Assembly (NCBI GenBank): GCA_964016885.1
Contig: OZ024742.1
Coordinates: 343,790,001-343,854,000 of the forward strand
Source of the DNA: Eledone cirrhosa
Lineage: Eukaryota
Reading direction: 5' to 3'
DNA length: 64,000 nt
The translations under genes and the position numbers were made by a program. A model generated the notes under the pieces. It saw only the letters and a list, made by a program, of their open reading frames with translations, was not told the DNA's origin and did not search any database. Below are positions 1-13,906 of this stretch, one piece after another (position 1 is the stretch's first letter; each line of letters begins with the position of its first letter).

Positions 1-3000
1 CACCCCAATAACTGGCTGTACCAGTGGCACATCTAGAGTGGAACCCCAACGTCTGGCTGTACCAGTGGCACATCTAAAGTGGCACCCCAACGTCTGGCTG
101 TACCAGTGGCACATCTAGAGTGGCACCCCAATGACTGGCTGTACCAGTGGCACATCTAAAGTTGCACCCCAATAACTGGCTGTACCAGTGGCACATCTAA
201 AGTGACACCCCAATGACTGGCTGCACCAGTGGCACATCTAGAGATGCACCCCAACGTCTAGCTGTACCAGTGGCACATCTAGAGTCGCACCCCAACGACT
301 GGCTGTACCAGTGGCACATCTAGAGTGGCACCCCAATGACTGGCTGCACCAGTGGCACACCTAGAGTTGCACCACAATAACTGGCTGTACCAGTGGCACA
401 TCTAGAGTTGCACCCCAATGTCTGGCTGTACCAGTGGCACATCTAGAGTGGCACCCCAACAACTGGCTGTACCAGTGGCACATCTAGAGTTGCACCCCAA
501 TAACCGGCTGTACCAGTGGCACATCTATAGTGGCACCCCAATAACTGGCTGCACCAGTGGCACACCTAGAGTGGCACCCCAATGACTGACTGTACCAGTG
601 GCACATCTAGAGTTGCACCCCAACGTCTGGCTGTACCAGTGGCACATCTAGAGTTGCACCCCAATAACTGGCTGTACCAGTGGAACATCTAGAGTTGCAC
701 CCCAATAACCGGCTGTACCAGTGGCACATCTAGAGTTGCACCCCAATGACTGGCTGTACCAGTGGCACATCTAGAGTGACACCCCAACGTCTGGCTGTAC
801 CAGTGGCACACCTAGAGTTGCACCCCAATGACAGGCTGTACCAGTGGCACACCTAGAGTGGCACCCCAATGACTGGCTGTACCAGTGGCACACCTAGAGT
901 TGCACCCCAATGACTGGCTGTACCAGTGGCACATCTAGAGTGACACGCCAATGACTGGCTGCACCAGTGGTACAACTAGAGTTGCACCCCAATAACTGGC
1001 TGTACCAGTGGCACATCTAGATGGCACCCCAACAACTGGCTGTACCAGTGGCACATCTAGAGTTGCACCCCAACAACTGGCTGTACCAGTGGCACATCTA
1101 GAGTTGCACCCCAATAACTGGCTGCACCAGTGGTACAACTAGAGTTGCACCCCAATAACTGGCTGTATCAGTGGCACATCTAGATGGCACCCCAACAACT
1201 GGCTGTACCAGTGGCACATCTAGAGTTGCACCCCAACAACTGGTTGTACCAGTGGCACATTTAGAGTGACACCCCAACGTCTGGCTGTACCAGTGGCACA
1301 TCTAGAGTTGTACCCCAACGACTGGCTGTACCAGTAGCACACCTAGAGTTGCACCCCAATAACTGGCTGTACCAGTGGCACATCTAGATGGCACCCCAAA
1401 AACTGGTTGTACCAGTGGCACATCTAGAGTGGCACCCCAACAACTGGCTGTACCAGTGGCACATCTAAATGGCACCCCAACGACTGGCTGTACCAGTGGC
1501 ACATCTAGAGTTGCACCCCAATAACTGGCTGTACCAGTGGCACATCTAGAGTTGCACCCCAATGACTGGCTGTACCAGTGGCACACCTAGAGTTGCACCC
1601 CAACAACTGGTTGTACCAGTGGCACACCTAGAGTTGCACCCCAACAAGTGGATGTACCAGTGGCACATCTAGAGTTGCACCCCAACAACTGGTTGTACCA
1701 GTGGCACATCTACAGTGGAACCCCAATGACTGGCTGTACCAGTGGCACACCTAGAGTTGCACCCCAACAACTGGTTGTACCAGTGGCACATCTAGAGTGG
1801 AACCCCAATGACTGGCTGTACCAGTGGCACATCTAGAGTTGCGCCCCAATAACCGGCTGTACCAGTGGCACATCTAGAGTTGTACCCCAACGACTGGCTG
1901 TACCAGTGGCACATCTAAAGTTGCACCCTAATAACTGGTTGTACCAGTGGCACATCTAGAGTGGAACCCCAACGACTGGCTGTACCAGTGGCACATCTAG
2001 AGTGGCACCCCAATAACTGGTTGTACCAGTGGCACATCTAAAGTGGAACCCCAACGACTGGCTGTACCAGTGGCACATCTAGAGTGGCACCCCAATAACT
2101 GGCTGTACCAGTGGCACATCTAGAGTGGAACCCCAACGTCTGGCTGTACCAGTGGCACATCTAAAGTGGCACCCCAACGTCTGGCTGTACCAGTGGCACA
2201 TCTAGAGTGGCACCCCAATGACTGGCTGTACCAGTGGCACATCTAAAGTTGCACCCCAATAACTGGCTGTACCAGTGGCACATCTAAAGTGACACCCCAA
2301 TGACTGGCTGCACCAGTGGCACATCTAGAGATGCACCTCAACGTCTAGCTGTACCAGTGGCACATCTAGAGTTGCACCCCAATAACTGGCTGTACCAGTG
2401 GCACATCTAGAGTTGCACCCCAATAACTGGCTGTACCAGTGGCACATCTAGAGTGACACGCCAATGACTGGCTGCACCAGTGGTACAACTAGAGTTGCAC
2501 CCCAATAACTGGCTGTACCAGTGGCACATCTAGATGGCACCCCAACAACTGGCTGTACCAGTGGCACATCTAGAGTTGCACCCCAACAACTGGCTGTACC
2601 AGTGGCACATCTAGAGTTGCACCCCAATAACTGGCTGCACCAGTGGTACAACTAGAGTTGCACCCCAATAACTGGCTGTATCAGTGGCACATCTAGATGG
2701 CACCCCAACAACTGGCTGTACCAGTGGCACATCTAGAGTTGCACCCCAACAACTGGTTGTACCAGTGGCACATTTAGAGTGACACCCCAACGTCTGGCTG
2801 TACCAGTGGCACATCTAGAGTTGTACCCCAACGACTGGCTGTACCAGTAGCACACCTAGAGTTGCACCCCAATAACTGGCTGTACCAGTGGCACATCTAG
2901 AGTTGCACCCCAATAACCGGCTGTACCAGTGGCACATCTAGATGGCACCCCAAAAACTGGTTGTACCAGTGGCACATCTAGAGTGGCACCCCAACAACTG

Positions 3001-6000
3001 GCTGTACCAGTGGCACATCTAAATGGCACCCCAACGACTGGCTGTACCAGTGGCACATCTAGAGTTGCACCCCAATAACTGGCTGTACCAGTGGCACATC
3101 TAGAGTTGCACCCCAATGACTGGCTGTACCAGTGGCACACCTAGAGTTGCACCCCAACAACTGGTTGTACCAGTGGCACACCTAGAGTTGCACCCCAACA
3201 AGTGGATGTACCAGTGGCACATCTAGAGTTGCACCCCAACAACTGGTTGTACCAGTGGCACATCTACAGTGGAACCCCAATGACTGGCTGTACCAGTGGC
3301 ACACCTAGAGTTGCACCCCAACAACTGGTTGTACCAGTGGCACATCTAGAGTGGAACCCCAATGACTGGCTGTACCAGTGGCACATCTAGAGTTGCGCCC
3401 CAATAACCGGCTGTACCAGTGGCACATCTAGAGTTGTACCCCAACGACTGGCTGTACCAGTGGCACATCTAAAGTTGCACCCTAATAACTGGTTGTACCA
3501 GTGGCACATCTAGAGTGGAACCCCAACGACTGGCTGTACCAGTGGCACATCTAGAGTGGCACCCCAATAACTGGTTGTACCAGTGGCACATCTAAAGTGG
3601 AACCCCAACGACTGGCTGTACCAGTGGCACATCTAGAGTGGCACCCCAATAACTGGCTGTACCAGTGGCACATCTAGAGTGGAACCCCAACGTCTGGCTG
3701 TACCAGTGGCACATCTAAAGTGGCACCCCAACGTCTGGCTGTACCAGTGGCACATCTAGAGTGGCACCCCAATGACTGGCTGTACCAGTGGCACATCTAA
3801 AGTTGCACCCCAATAACTGGCTGTACCAGTGGCACATCTAAAGTGACACCCCAATGACTGGCTGCACCAGTGGCACATCTAGAGATGCACCTCAACGTCT
3901 AGCTGTACCAGTGGCACATCTAGAGTCGCACCCCAACGACTGGCTGTACCAGTGGCACATCTAGAGTGGCACCCCAATGACTGGCTGCACCAGTGGCACA
4001 CCTAGAGTTGCACCACAATAACTGGCTGTACCAGTGGCACATCTAGAGTTGCACCCCAATGACTGGCTGTACCAGTGGCACATCTAGAGTGGCACCCCAA
4101 CAACTGGCTGTACCAGTGGCACATCTAGAGTTGCACCCCAATAACCGGCTGTACCAGTGGCACATCTATAGTGGCACCCCAATAACTGGCTGCACCAGTG
4201 GCACACCTAGAGTGGCACCCCAATGACTGACTGTACCAGTGGCACATCTAGAGTTGCACCCCAACGTCTGGCTGTACCAGTGGCACATCTAGAGTTGCAC
4301 CCCAATAACTGGCTGTACCAGTGGCACATCTAGAGTTGCACCCCAATAACCGGCTGTACCAGTGGCACATCTAGAGTTGCACCCCAATGACTGGCTGTAC
4401 CAGTGGCACATCTAGAGTGACACCCCAACGTCTGGCTGTACCAGTGGCACACCTAGAGTTGCACCCCAATGACAGGCTGTACCAGTGGCACACCTAGAGT
4501 GGCACCCCAATGACTGGCTGTACCAGTGGCACACCTAGAGTTGCACCCCAATGACTGGCTGTACCAGTGGCACATCTAGAGTGACACGCCAATGACTGGC
4601 TGCACCAGTGGTACAACTAGAGTTGCACCCCAATAACTGGCTGTACCAGTGGCACATCTAGAGTTGCACCCCAATAACTGGCTGTACCAGTGGCACATCT
4701 AGAGTGGCACCCCAACAACTGGCTGTATCAGTGGCACATCTAGATGGCACCCCAACAACTGGTTGTACCAGTGGCACATCTAGAGTGACACCCCAACAAC
4801 TGGCTGTATCAGTGGCACATCTAGATGGCACCCCAACAACTGGCTGTACCAGTGGCACATCTAGAGTGACACGCCAATGACTGGCTGCACCAGTGGTACA
4901 ACTAGAGTTGCACCCCAATAACTGGCTGTACCAGTGGCACATCTAGAGTTGCACCCCAATAACTGGCTGCACCAGTGGTACAACTAGAGTTGCACCCCAA
5001 TAACTGGCTGTATCAGTGGCACATCTAGATGGCACCCCAACAACTGGCTGTACCAGTGGCACATCTAGAGTTGCACCCCAACAACTGGTTGTACCAGTGG
5101 CACATCTAGAGTGACACCCCAACGTCTGGCTGTACCAGTGGCACATCTAGAGTTGCACCCCAACAACTGGTTGTACCAGTGGCACATCTAGAGTGACACC
5201 CCAACGTCTGGCTGTACCAGTAGCACACCTAGAGTTGCACCCCAATAACTGGCTGTACCAGTGGCACATCTAGATGGCACCCCAACAACTGGTTGTACCA
5301 GTGGCACATCTAGAGTGGCACCCCAACAACTGGCTGTACCAGTGGCACATCTAAATGGCACCCCAACGACTGGCTGTACCAGTGGCACATCTAGAGTTGC
5401 ACCCCAATAACTGGCTGTACCAGTGGCACATCTAGAGTTGCACCCCAATGACTGGCTGTACCAGTGGCACACCTAGAGTTGCACCCCAACAACTGGTTGT
5501 ACCAGTGGCACACCTAGAGTTGCACCCCAACAAGTGGATGTACCAGTGGCACATCTAGAGTTGCACCCCAACAACTGGTTGTACCAGTGGCACACCTAGA
5601 GTTGCACCCCAACAACTGGTTGTACCAGTGGCACACCTAGAGTTGCACCCCAACAAGTGGATGTACCAGTGGCACATCTAGAGTTGCACCCCAACAACTG
5701 GTTGTACCAGTGGCACATCTAGAGTGGAACCCCAATGACTCGCTGTACCAGTGGCACACCTAGAGTTGCACCCCAACAACTGGTTGTACCAGTGGCACAT
5801 CTAGAGTGGAACCCCAATGACTGGCTGTACCAGTGGCACATCTAGAGTTGCGCCCCAATAACCGGCTGTACCAGTGGCACATCTAGAGTTGTACCCCAAC
5901 GACTGGCTGTACCAGTGGCACATCTAAAGTTGCACCCTAATAACTGGTTGTACCAGTGGCACATCTAGAGTGGAACCCCAACGACTGGCTGTACCAGTGG

Positions 6001-6437
6001 AAATCTAGAGTGGCACCCCAATAACTGGTTGTACCAGTGGCACATCTAAAGTGGAACCCCAACGACTGGCTGTACCAGTGGCACATCTAAAGTTGCACCC
6101 CAATAACTGGTTGTACCAGTGGCACATCTAAAGTGGAACCCCAACGACTGGCTGTACCAGTGGCACATCTAGAGTGACACCTCAACGACTGGCTGTACCA
6201 GTGGCACACCTAGAGTTGCACCCCAATAACCGGCTGTACCAGTGGCACAACTAGAGCCGCACCCCAATAACTGGCTGTACCAGTGGCACATCTAGAGTGG
6301 CACCCCAATAACTGACTGCACCTGTGACACATCTAAAGTGGAATCCCAACGACTAGCTGTACCAGTGGCACATCTAAAGTGGAACCCCAACGACTGGCTG
6401 CACCTGTGGCACCCCAACGACTGGCTGCACCAGTTGC
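1..6437. repeat. Tandem satellite, 40-41 bp monomer (CACCCCAATAACTGGCTGTACCAGTGGCACATCTAGAGTTG), about 155 copies, open at window start
   Basis: Direct head-to-tail repeats with no spacers. Each monomer has an ACTGG-CTGTA-CCAGT hairpin and usually TCTAGA. Variant blocks recur at about 1.5 kb offsets. Confidence 0.98.
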
Positions 6438-6999
6438 GGGAACATGACATGTCAATACAAAGGCCAGCCTCATCACATATTATGTCATGCTAACTCAGTC
6501 TGAAATACTCAGTCACATACACATTCATCTAATAAGACATTTGATCGAACAACTAAATGCAAACTGTCAAAACCAACGGAAGATTCGTCATAATACCCAG
6601 TGTGATAAATAAAGTTGACCAAGTAGGAAATATCTACTCTACTTCGAAACCACTCACGCCATGTGTCTGGTATGAACATTATGGAAAGCTATGAACACCA
6701 TAGAATCTCATTGTTCTTATATAACAGTGTTTCTCAAGGTCGTATCAGTATTTTAGTGGGGCATGGAACTTCAGAATGAGGCTATATATTGTGTTTTTTA
6801 CTATACTATGTGTTTCTTAGTTTTCGTAACCCCTGATGAGTCGTAGGGAACTGTATTAATATACGACGCTTCTAGGACACATTTTTATAACCTGGCGGAG
6901 CCCACCTCTCTCCGGGTTTGAACACAGCAGATTTCTTACATTTTTCTCACTATTTATATGCTTCTCTGAAAGTGTGAAAAGGACATAGGGGAAGAACCG

Positions 7000-7750
7000 A
7001 CCCTAGTACTTGACTGGTACTTTTTTTTTATCTACCTTGAAAGGGTGAAACGCAAAGTTGATATCGGTGAGCTTTGAACTCAGAGATCAGAGAGCGGAGA
7101 AGAATACCGCCAAACATTCTATCCAACGTACTAACCACTCTACCAAGACGCCGCCTTATACTATATATCAACTTTACCCTATTATAGTGGGGTTGACGAT
7201 TAAAAAGGTTACGAAACAGTACTGTAGATGAAACAAAAAAGAAACCTTTCCTTACCATATTTCTAATGAAAAACACTGTCTATGGTGTTCAAATCATTTT
7301 GAAAATAATGAAGAATTAGTAGAGGAATTTAGTAATATAATTAACTTTCTCATTATTAAATTGGTGTTCCATAGAGTACGGCCATTTATGATCTGAGTTA
7401 TAAACCCACCAAGGTTAGCTTTGCCTTTCATCCATGGTGGTCGATAAAATAATGTACCAGTAATGTACTGGGTAGATTTAATTGACTTTCCTCTCCACCA
7501 AAATTGTTGTCCTAGTTCATAAATCAGAAATCATTATTAAGCTGGTGTAGTTCGGTGGTTTAGTAGTATCGGAAAACATGCTTTGCGGCATATAGTTACA
7601 GTCCTTTACACTCTGAGTTCAAATCCCGCCGAGGTTAGCTTTGCTTTTCATCCTTACAAGGTCGATAAAATAAGGAACCAATAACGCACTATTTATCGAT
7701 TTCCAATTCTCTTCAAACTGTTGGCCTTGTACCAAATGTAAAAACAAGTT
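7000..7750. mobile_element. Cluster of three tRNA-derived SINE copies (about 7000-7155 minus; about 7370-7540 and 7550-7750 plus)
   Basis: B-box-like TGAGTTCAAATCCC followed by the conserved core GCCTTTCATCC...GTCGATAAAATAAAGTACCAG, seen more than 30 times in the window. Confidence 0.85.
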
Positions 7751-8315
7751 ATTAAGCTGGTGTTTGAATATTAACTTAATAAAGTTTCTTACATAAAATT
7801 ATGATTGAAGGATTTTAGATAAATATAAACGTTTTAAAATATACAGTTTTCTATTGTGGACTCAATGTCTGTTTCAATTTGGTACTAAAACCCTTAATGT
7901 AATTTCAATAGGTTTTAATCCAGAAATATATAGATATATTTAGATGTCAGTTCTACACTGAACATTACGATAAGTATCTTACACTCTGATGGCGAGATTA
8001 GAACCTAAAACACCTCACTCCACATATACACGGGAATTATAGATTCTGAAATGTCTACGATTAGATCTTTTTCTTTCGACAGTTGAACAACTGAAGACAG
8101 AACTTCAAGGGACAAGAATAGGTTACCTTAAATAAAGAATTTGAATTTGTACTTATTTCATACGAAAGATTAATTTCGGAATAAGAAGCTCTTAAAATAT
8201 TCATTCCGTTACTGTTGTTGTCTTCCTATTACTACTAACATTATCAAATCATAATTGACAGCCGCCATAATCTGTTGACCAAAATATTGAATACGTAAGG
8301 TGACTTTGGATTCAC

Positions 8316-8384
<69 letters not shown>

Positions 8385-8450
8385 TTGTATAAAATAAATC
8401 ATTTGGAATTAGGTGCAGAAACGTCAGATATAAGGAATCGTGTATGTATG

Positions 8451-9224
8451 TTTTCTCTTTCTCTTAATTTCGAGTATATTTTTTTGACCGGCCACCTTCC
8501 TGGTGGCAAGGTTGTAAAAGAAAAGAAATTGTCATCCCTTGAATAGCAAGAATGTTTTGCAAATTTTGAAGGTGCCAGCTATCGCAGCCATTTGTAGACT
8601 ATGAATTAGGGAGCTGCGCTTTTTGTCCGCAAATCCAAGTTCAGTCATACTTTGGTCCAAGCGGGTTGGTATATAACCCGTAGCACCAATAATGATGGGT
8701 ATGAAGCTAAAGGTGTATCTTGGATACTGGATTTGTAAACTCCTCATCAATGGTCCGTAGATGTCCTCCTTCTCCTGTATTTTTCTGACAACGTTTACAT
8801 CAATTGGGCAGCTGATCTCCACAACAGAACACGTTTTCAATGTGTGGTCCCAAACTACAATATCAGGCCGGTTGTGCTTTAATTTGGTGGCAGTTTTTAT
8901 TTTCAGCTTCCACCAGTATTCCTTAGTGCCATCTGTCTCAATATATTCTTCCTCGTTTGTTGTTAATTTTGTTTTCCGAAGTGCGTTCCAGATGGTTCTA
9001 GCTATCCCATCGTGTCTCATGGGGAGGTAGTAGCGAGATGACATTCTTTCGCAGCTGGCAACAATGTGGCTTACATACTCGATCTTTGTTTTACATAGCC
9101 TACATTTATTGTCAGCTGCTGGCCCTCCTCTTTTGTGCAGCAGATATTTGGTAGGGAGTTCTTGTTCCTGTATTGCATAGAGATATCCCTCAAGGTGTGA
9201 TGTCATAAACTTGTCGGAACTCCA
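8451..9224 (-). mobile_element. 5'-truncated non-LTR retrotransposon with a restriction-like endonuclease (R4/Dong/NeSL-like), C-terminal ORF still open
   Basis: CCHC knuckle CRLCKTKIEYVSHIVASC, RHD motif and RPDIVV...VEISCP...KEDIY (PD-(D/E)xK-type RLE). Stop at 8532, short 3' UTR, (TGTA)n on both sides. Confidence 0.9.
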
Positions 9225-9589
9225 TGTATGTATGTATGTATGTATGTATGTATGTATGTATGTATGTATGTATGTATGTATGTATGTATGTATGTATGTA
9301 CGTATGTATGTATGTATGTATATAGGTATGTATGCATACATGCATGCATCTATGTATGCATGTATATGTATATGTATGTTTGCACGTATTAATATTTTTC
9401 TTCAAGATTTATTTAACTTCATCTTTGCCTAATTCAAATTGTTCACTAAGAATGTGATAAAACGTTTTATTTTGGGGCTGAATTAAGTGCAAGAATTGTA
9501 AGAGCTGGTGCAGTAATGCACCAACTTCAGAATTCGGTAATCAGAGGGAGGTAGGCGTAAAAGCCAATCTTCAATTCGGTTTTCATGCG

Positions 9590-10053
9590 AACCCTTACCC
9601 ATGTTCATGAATTTTGGGTAATTACCGAAAGAATGCGATCGCGAATACAAGTGGCCGAAATGGGATTCCTCCGAAGAGTATTTGGAGTAACGTTACTCGA
9701 TAAAGTGCGTAACTCTGAGATCAGAGAGTGAAGCCAGGTAGAACCGCTATTTCTCCGAATTGAGAGATCAAAGCTCCCATGCTATGGGCATGTGGTTAGA
9801 ATGTCTCAGGAAAGAATCGCTGGACAGATTTTACGAGCAAAACCAACTGACAGGAGACCCCAGGTTAGACCCCAAGAAAAATAGTTGGATAATCTCCATG
9901 AGCTTGGCTGGTCTCGTTTGGGGATCCAGCCAGAGCAGTTGGAAACGGTTGCTTCTGACAGGACCCGCTGGAAAGAGTGTTTGAGGATTCTGCCCGCACG
10001 GCCTTCTCAGGAATGAGTGGGCGAAGAAGAAGAAGAAGAAGAAGAAGAAGAAG

Positions 10054-10083
<30 letters not shown>
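9590..10083 (+). mobile_element. RTE-group LINE 3' end with (GAA)n tail, degenerate
   Basis: Translates to WVITERMRSRIQVAEMGFLRRVFGVTLLDKVRNSEIRE...GHVVRM, a typical RTE RT C-terminus. Related copies at 13034-13478 and 41700-41889. Confidence 0.85.
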
Positions 10084-10085
<2 letters not shown>

Positions 10086-10486
10086 GTGAGGGAGTTATAT
10101 GTATGTGTATCTACTTACACTGGTGTTATTAGTGAAAATATATCTCTAGTATGCGGGTGGTCGTTTGTGCGTGATTATTCTTTATGTGGCATGGCCGAAT
10201 TGTTTGAGTGTCATTTAATATCAACTGGGTAGACAGAAACTGTTCGGAAGCCCGTCAGATTATCAATATCTGTAATTCATCGGATTAGGCTTGCCATACA
10301 GTGTATCTCGCTGAATCTCTGAGGATTACGTTAAAAAATACACGTCTGTCGAATGCTCAGCCACTTGCATGTTAACTTCACGAGCAGTCGTTCCGCTGAG
10401 ACAACAACTAGAACACTAATCGTCTAAACCGACGAAGGTCCATTCCATTCTATTCCTTATGTGTGTGTGTGTGGGTGCGTGTACGT

Positions 10487-10578
<92 letters not shown>

Positions 10579-10777
10579 TATAACGAATGTTCGGTCTGTC
10601 TGGCATATCTTTCCAGTAGCGATAATCAATTGGATTTAAAGGATGCGTGTTAGTTTGCTTTGTTCTCTTTTTGAAAAATACCACCATTTCTAGGCTTTTA
10701 TTCAAATCTGTTCTTATATAATCATTTTCATCTATGATAGTAGGTATAAACAAGGGCTGTAAATTAGACAGTGAAAG

Positions 10778-11110
10778 CGCATGGCTTAGTGGTTAGAGCA
10801 TTGGGCTTGCAATTGAGTTGTTGTGAGTTCGATTCTCGGACCGGGTGATGCGTTGTGTTCTTGAGCAAAACACTATTTCACGTTGTTTCAGTTTACTCAG
10901 CTGTAGAAATGAGTTGCGACGTCACTGGTGCCAAGCTGTATCGGCCATTGCCTTTCCCTTGGACAACATTGGTGGCGTGGAGAGGGGAGGCTGGTTTGCT
11001 TTGGCAACTACTGGTCTTTCACAAACAAACCTTGCTCATACTTGTGTCTCGGGGGGGGGGGGGACTTTCTAGGTACAAAACCACGGTCATTAGTGACCGA
11101 TGGAAGCCTT
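10778..11110 (+). mobile_element. tRNA-derived SINE, second family
   Basis: A box TGGCTTAGTGG, B box GAGTTCGATTC, core CTTGAGCAAAACACT...TTTCACGTTG. Related copies near 11853, 19385, 32230, 49220 (minus) and 50025. Confidence 0.8.
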
Positions 11111-11179
11111 AAAAAAAATCAATATTATCCCACCATACATATGTTTCTCTCATCAACCTTACATTCAGACTCGATTCGT

Positions 11180-11850
11180 TCTTAACGTCTCAGCGTGAGT
11201 TGTCCTAGTGATACAATGCGACACGGATCTTATACCGTTGCCTCCATCCCGCCATTAAACCTAGATTCTGCCTGTGTCACTGTTGATGTAGAAATTACCA
11301 AGTACTAGTTAGTATCTTCCTAGTCATTATATCCAAGCTGCGGATCTCATCAAATACACAGTCTAATAGCCCAAATGGTGGTATAAGCACTGATACTGAA
11401 AATGCTTTATAGGCTCTGGTGTTAGCAAATATGGACAGAATAAGGGCGGTGATTGGCAGTATCGGTAGAGGGTCAGACGCCAAGCTTTGACGCATAGAAT
11501 TACGGCCTTTTCTATTCTGAGTTCAAATCCCACCGAGGTTAACTTTTCCTTTCATCCTTACGGGGTCTATAAAATAAAGTACCAGTAATGCACTGGGTAA
11601 TTGCTGGCTTTGTGCCAAAAGTAGAAACAATTCCATATGGACAGTTCTGACGTCCATACTTAATGCTTCCATACATCTGCTGAGGTATCACTTGGTCATT
11701 CTACTATTACTGACATATGCAACATTATCATCTCTTTCGAAGTGCTTGTATTAGTTGTCACAGGAGACAGACCATTGATATCTATATTCTTTGGTCAACA
11801 GTTTTTTTTCCCGGCGGACTAGCAAAAATAAGCACTTTTCCTGATCAAAC
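11180..11850 (-). mobile_element. Degenerate non-LTR RT fragment (R4-like) interrupted by a SINE at about 11443-11631
   Basis: KVWTSELS / KAFSVSVLIPPFGLLDC..EIRSLDIMTRKILTST resembles the post-RT region of RLE elements. ATATGGACAG is duplicated on both sides of the SINE. Confidence 0.65.
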
Positions 11851-12568
11851 TTCATGGCTTAGTGCTTAGAGCATTGGGCTTGCAATCGAAAGGTTGTGAA
11901 TTCAATTCTCGGACCGGGTGATGTGTTGTTTCCTTGAGCAAGACACTTTATTTCACGTTGCTCCAGTTTACTCAGCTGTAGAAATGAGATGGTAGGACTG
12001 GGATCCCTATCATTAAATCACACAAGACACGTCCAACGAGATATACCTTGGAGGAGGCCAGCTAAACCTGCATAGGTGTGAGCTGTCACACAAACACACA
12101 CAAACTTCAGTTTTATGTCCTGTGAGGATCTTGTGACTAGCTTTAACTGTCTCTATGTGCTGTGAATATTAGCCGAATACAGCTAGATGTCATCTAGAGA
12201 ACATGTGTGACATAAACCTCTCTCTCATCGGAAAAACCTAGCATGAAGCCATTGCATTTCCTCAGCAGAGCTGTCAGGGGTTTCATTGCAAACAGGAACA
12301 GCATTACTGACAAGCTGTCATTCTGGAATATTCCTATTGATAATCCAATATTCTCTGTAACTACAGTTGTTGGTATAGTGTTTAGATAGTGCTGAGGAGA
12401 TCATGTAAGAGTAAGTCTTTGAATGACTTTAACTACGGCAGATAGAACTTTAGCAAGGTGTGCTGCCTCTAACATCCATGATTAGAGATAGAGTCGAGCG
12501 CTGTCTTATTGTCAAGCTACACAGTAAATTTTCACAATGTCTATCAAATTCTTTGAAAACAGCTTTAT

Positions 12569-12802
12569 TTGATGAAGAGCTCTTTAACACAACACCAGGG
12601 ACATTTGTTTGATAAAGAGCTCTTTAACACAGCTCCAGAGACATTTGTTTGATAAAGAACTCTTTAACACAGCTCCAGAGACATTTGTTTGACAAAGAGC
12701 TCTTTAACAGCTACAGAGACATTTGTTTGATAAAGAGCTCTTTAACAAAACAACAGGGACACTTTTTTTATGAAGAGCTCTTTAAAACAACTCCAGAGAC
12801 CT
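12569..12802. repeat. 40-bp minisatellite, about 6 copies (TTGATAAAGAGCTCTTTAACACAGCTCCAGAGACATTTGT)
   Basis: Direct tandem repeats, within what looks like a decayed LINE RT fragment (about 11990-13030, minus). Confidence 0.9.
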
Positions 12803-13033
12803 TTATACTCTCCTCTCTCCTGCTTACTCATCAGTCACAAGATTGTTAGGTAGTAATCTTGACAAACATTCAAACAAATCGTGTAGAGTTTAGGTACAAC
12901 ATTTATACAAGCCATGAGCTCTAGATTTTGGCTATATGGGATTTGTGGTTCTGAGGCTCAAATCTTGTCTGAGGCATCACCAGCTTTCTGGCACATCAAG
13001 TAGGGACCCTATTAGGTTTTTAAAATGTCGGTC

Positions 13034-13478
13034 ATGAACCTTGGGTAATGACTGAAAGAATACGATTGCAAATACAAGCGGCTGAAATGGGATTCCTACG
13101 AAGAGTGTTTAGAGTAACGTTACTCGATAAAGTGCGTAGCTCAGAAATCAGAGAATACTCCAAGTAGAGCCACTAATTCTCCGAATTGAGAGATCACAGT
13201 TCCAATACTATGGACATGGGGTTAGAATATCTACACAAACAATCGCTGGACAGATTTAAGGGCAAAATCAAATTGCAGGACACCCAGGGGTAGACCCTGA
13301 GCATGATGGCTGGATAACATCCACGACCTCGGGTAGTCTCGCTTGGGGAACTAGCCGGATCATTTGGAGACGGTTGCTTCTGACAAGGCCAGCTGGAAGG
13401 AGTATCTGAGGTCTCTGCCCCCATGACCTTCTCAGGAATAAGTGAGCAAAGAAGAAGAAGAAGAAAAAGAAGAAGAAG
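13034..13478 (+). mobile_element. RTE-group LINE 3' end with (GAA)n tail
   Basis: Colinear with 9590-10083 (WVMTERIRLQIQAAEMGFLRRVFRVTLLDKVRSSEIRE). Confidence 0.85.
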
Positions 13479-13906
13479 ACGTGTGCTATTCTGTAAAACG
13501 TTAGTTTCTTATATTAGTAACCGATTATGAAATCTGTCCCAGGTGAATGTTTATTCAGTATGTTTCCAACAAACCACTGTAGGAGAGTTTCTCTGAAGCT
13601 ATTATGTTTTAGGAGAGATGTTTGCACACTACTCACTCCGTAGCTCAATTACGTATACTGTAGCGCGGTGTTCTGTTTGTTTACCTTTCACCATCACCCA
13701 CACCGCAACAATAACTAATAATTGTAAGACTTCGCTTTGAAAAGAATGAAGTGTGAAATCGAGACAAGATATTGTACAACAGAATAAAGAGGAAAGAGAA
13801 AGTAACAAATGTAGTCCTTGAAGAGTTCACAGAGTGTGTGACGAAAGAACTTTATTAAACTAAGTAAAATGGAAATTATAATAATAAATTAAGTGAATCC
13901 CAACAG

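Noticed and set aside
1-6437. CRISPR array, or Cys/Trp-rich repeat proteins from ORFs 935-5472
   Set aside because: Monomers are contiguous with no unique spacers and no cas genes, the context is eukaryotic, and the 41-bp period shifts frame in every unit.
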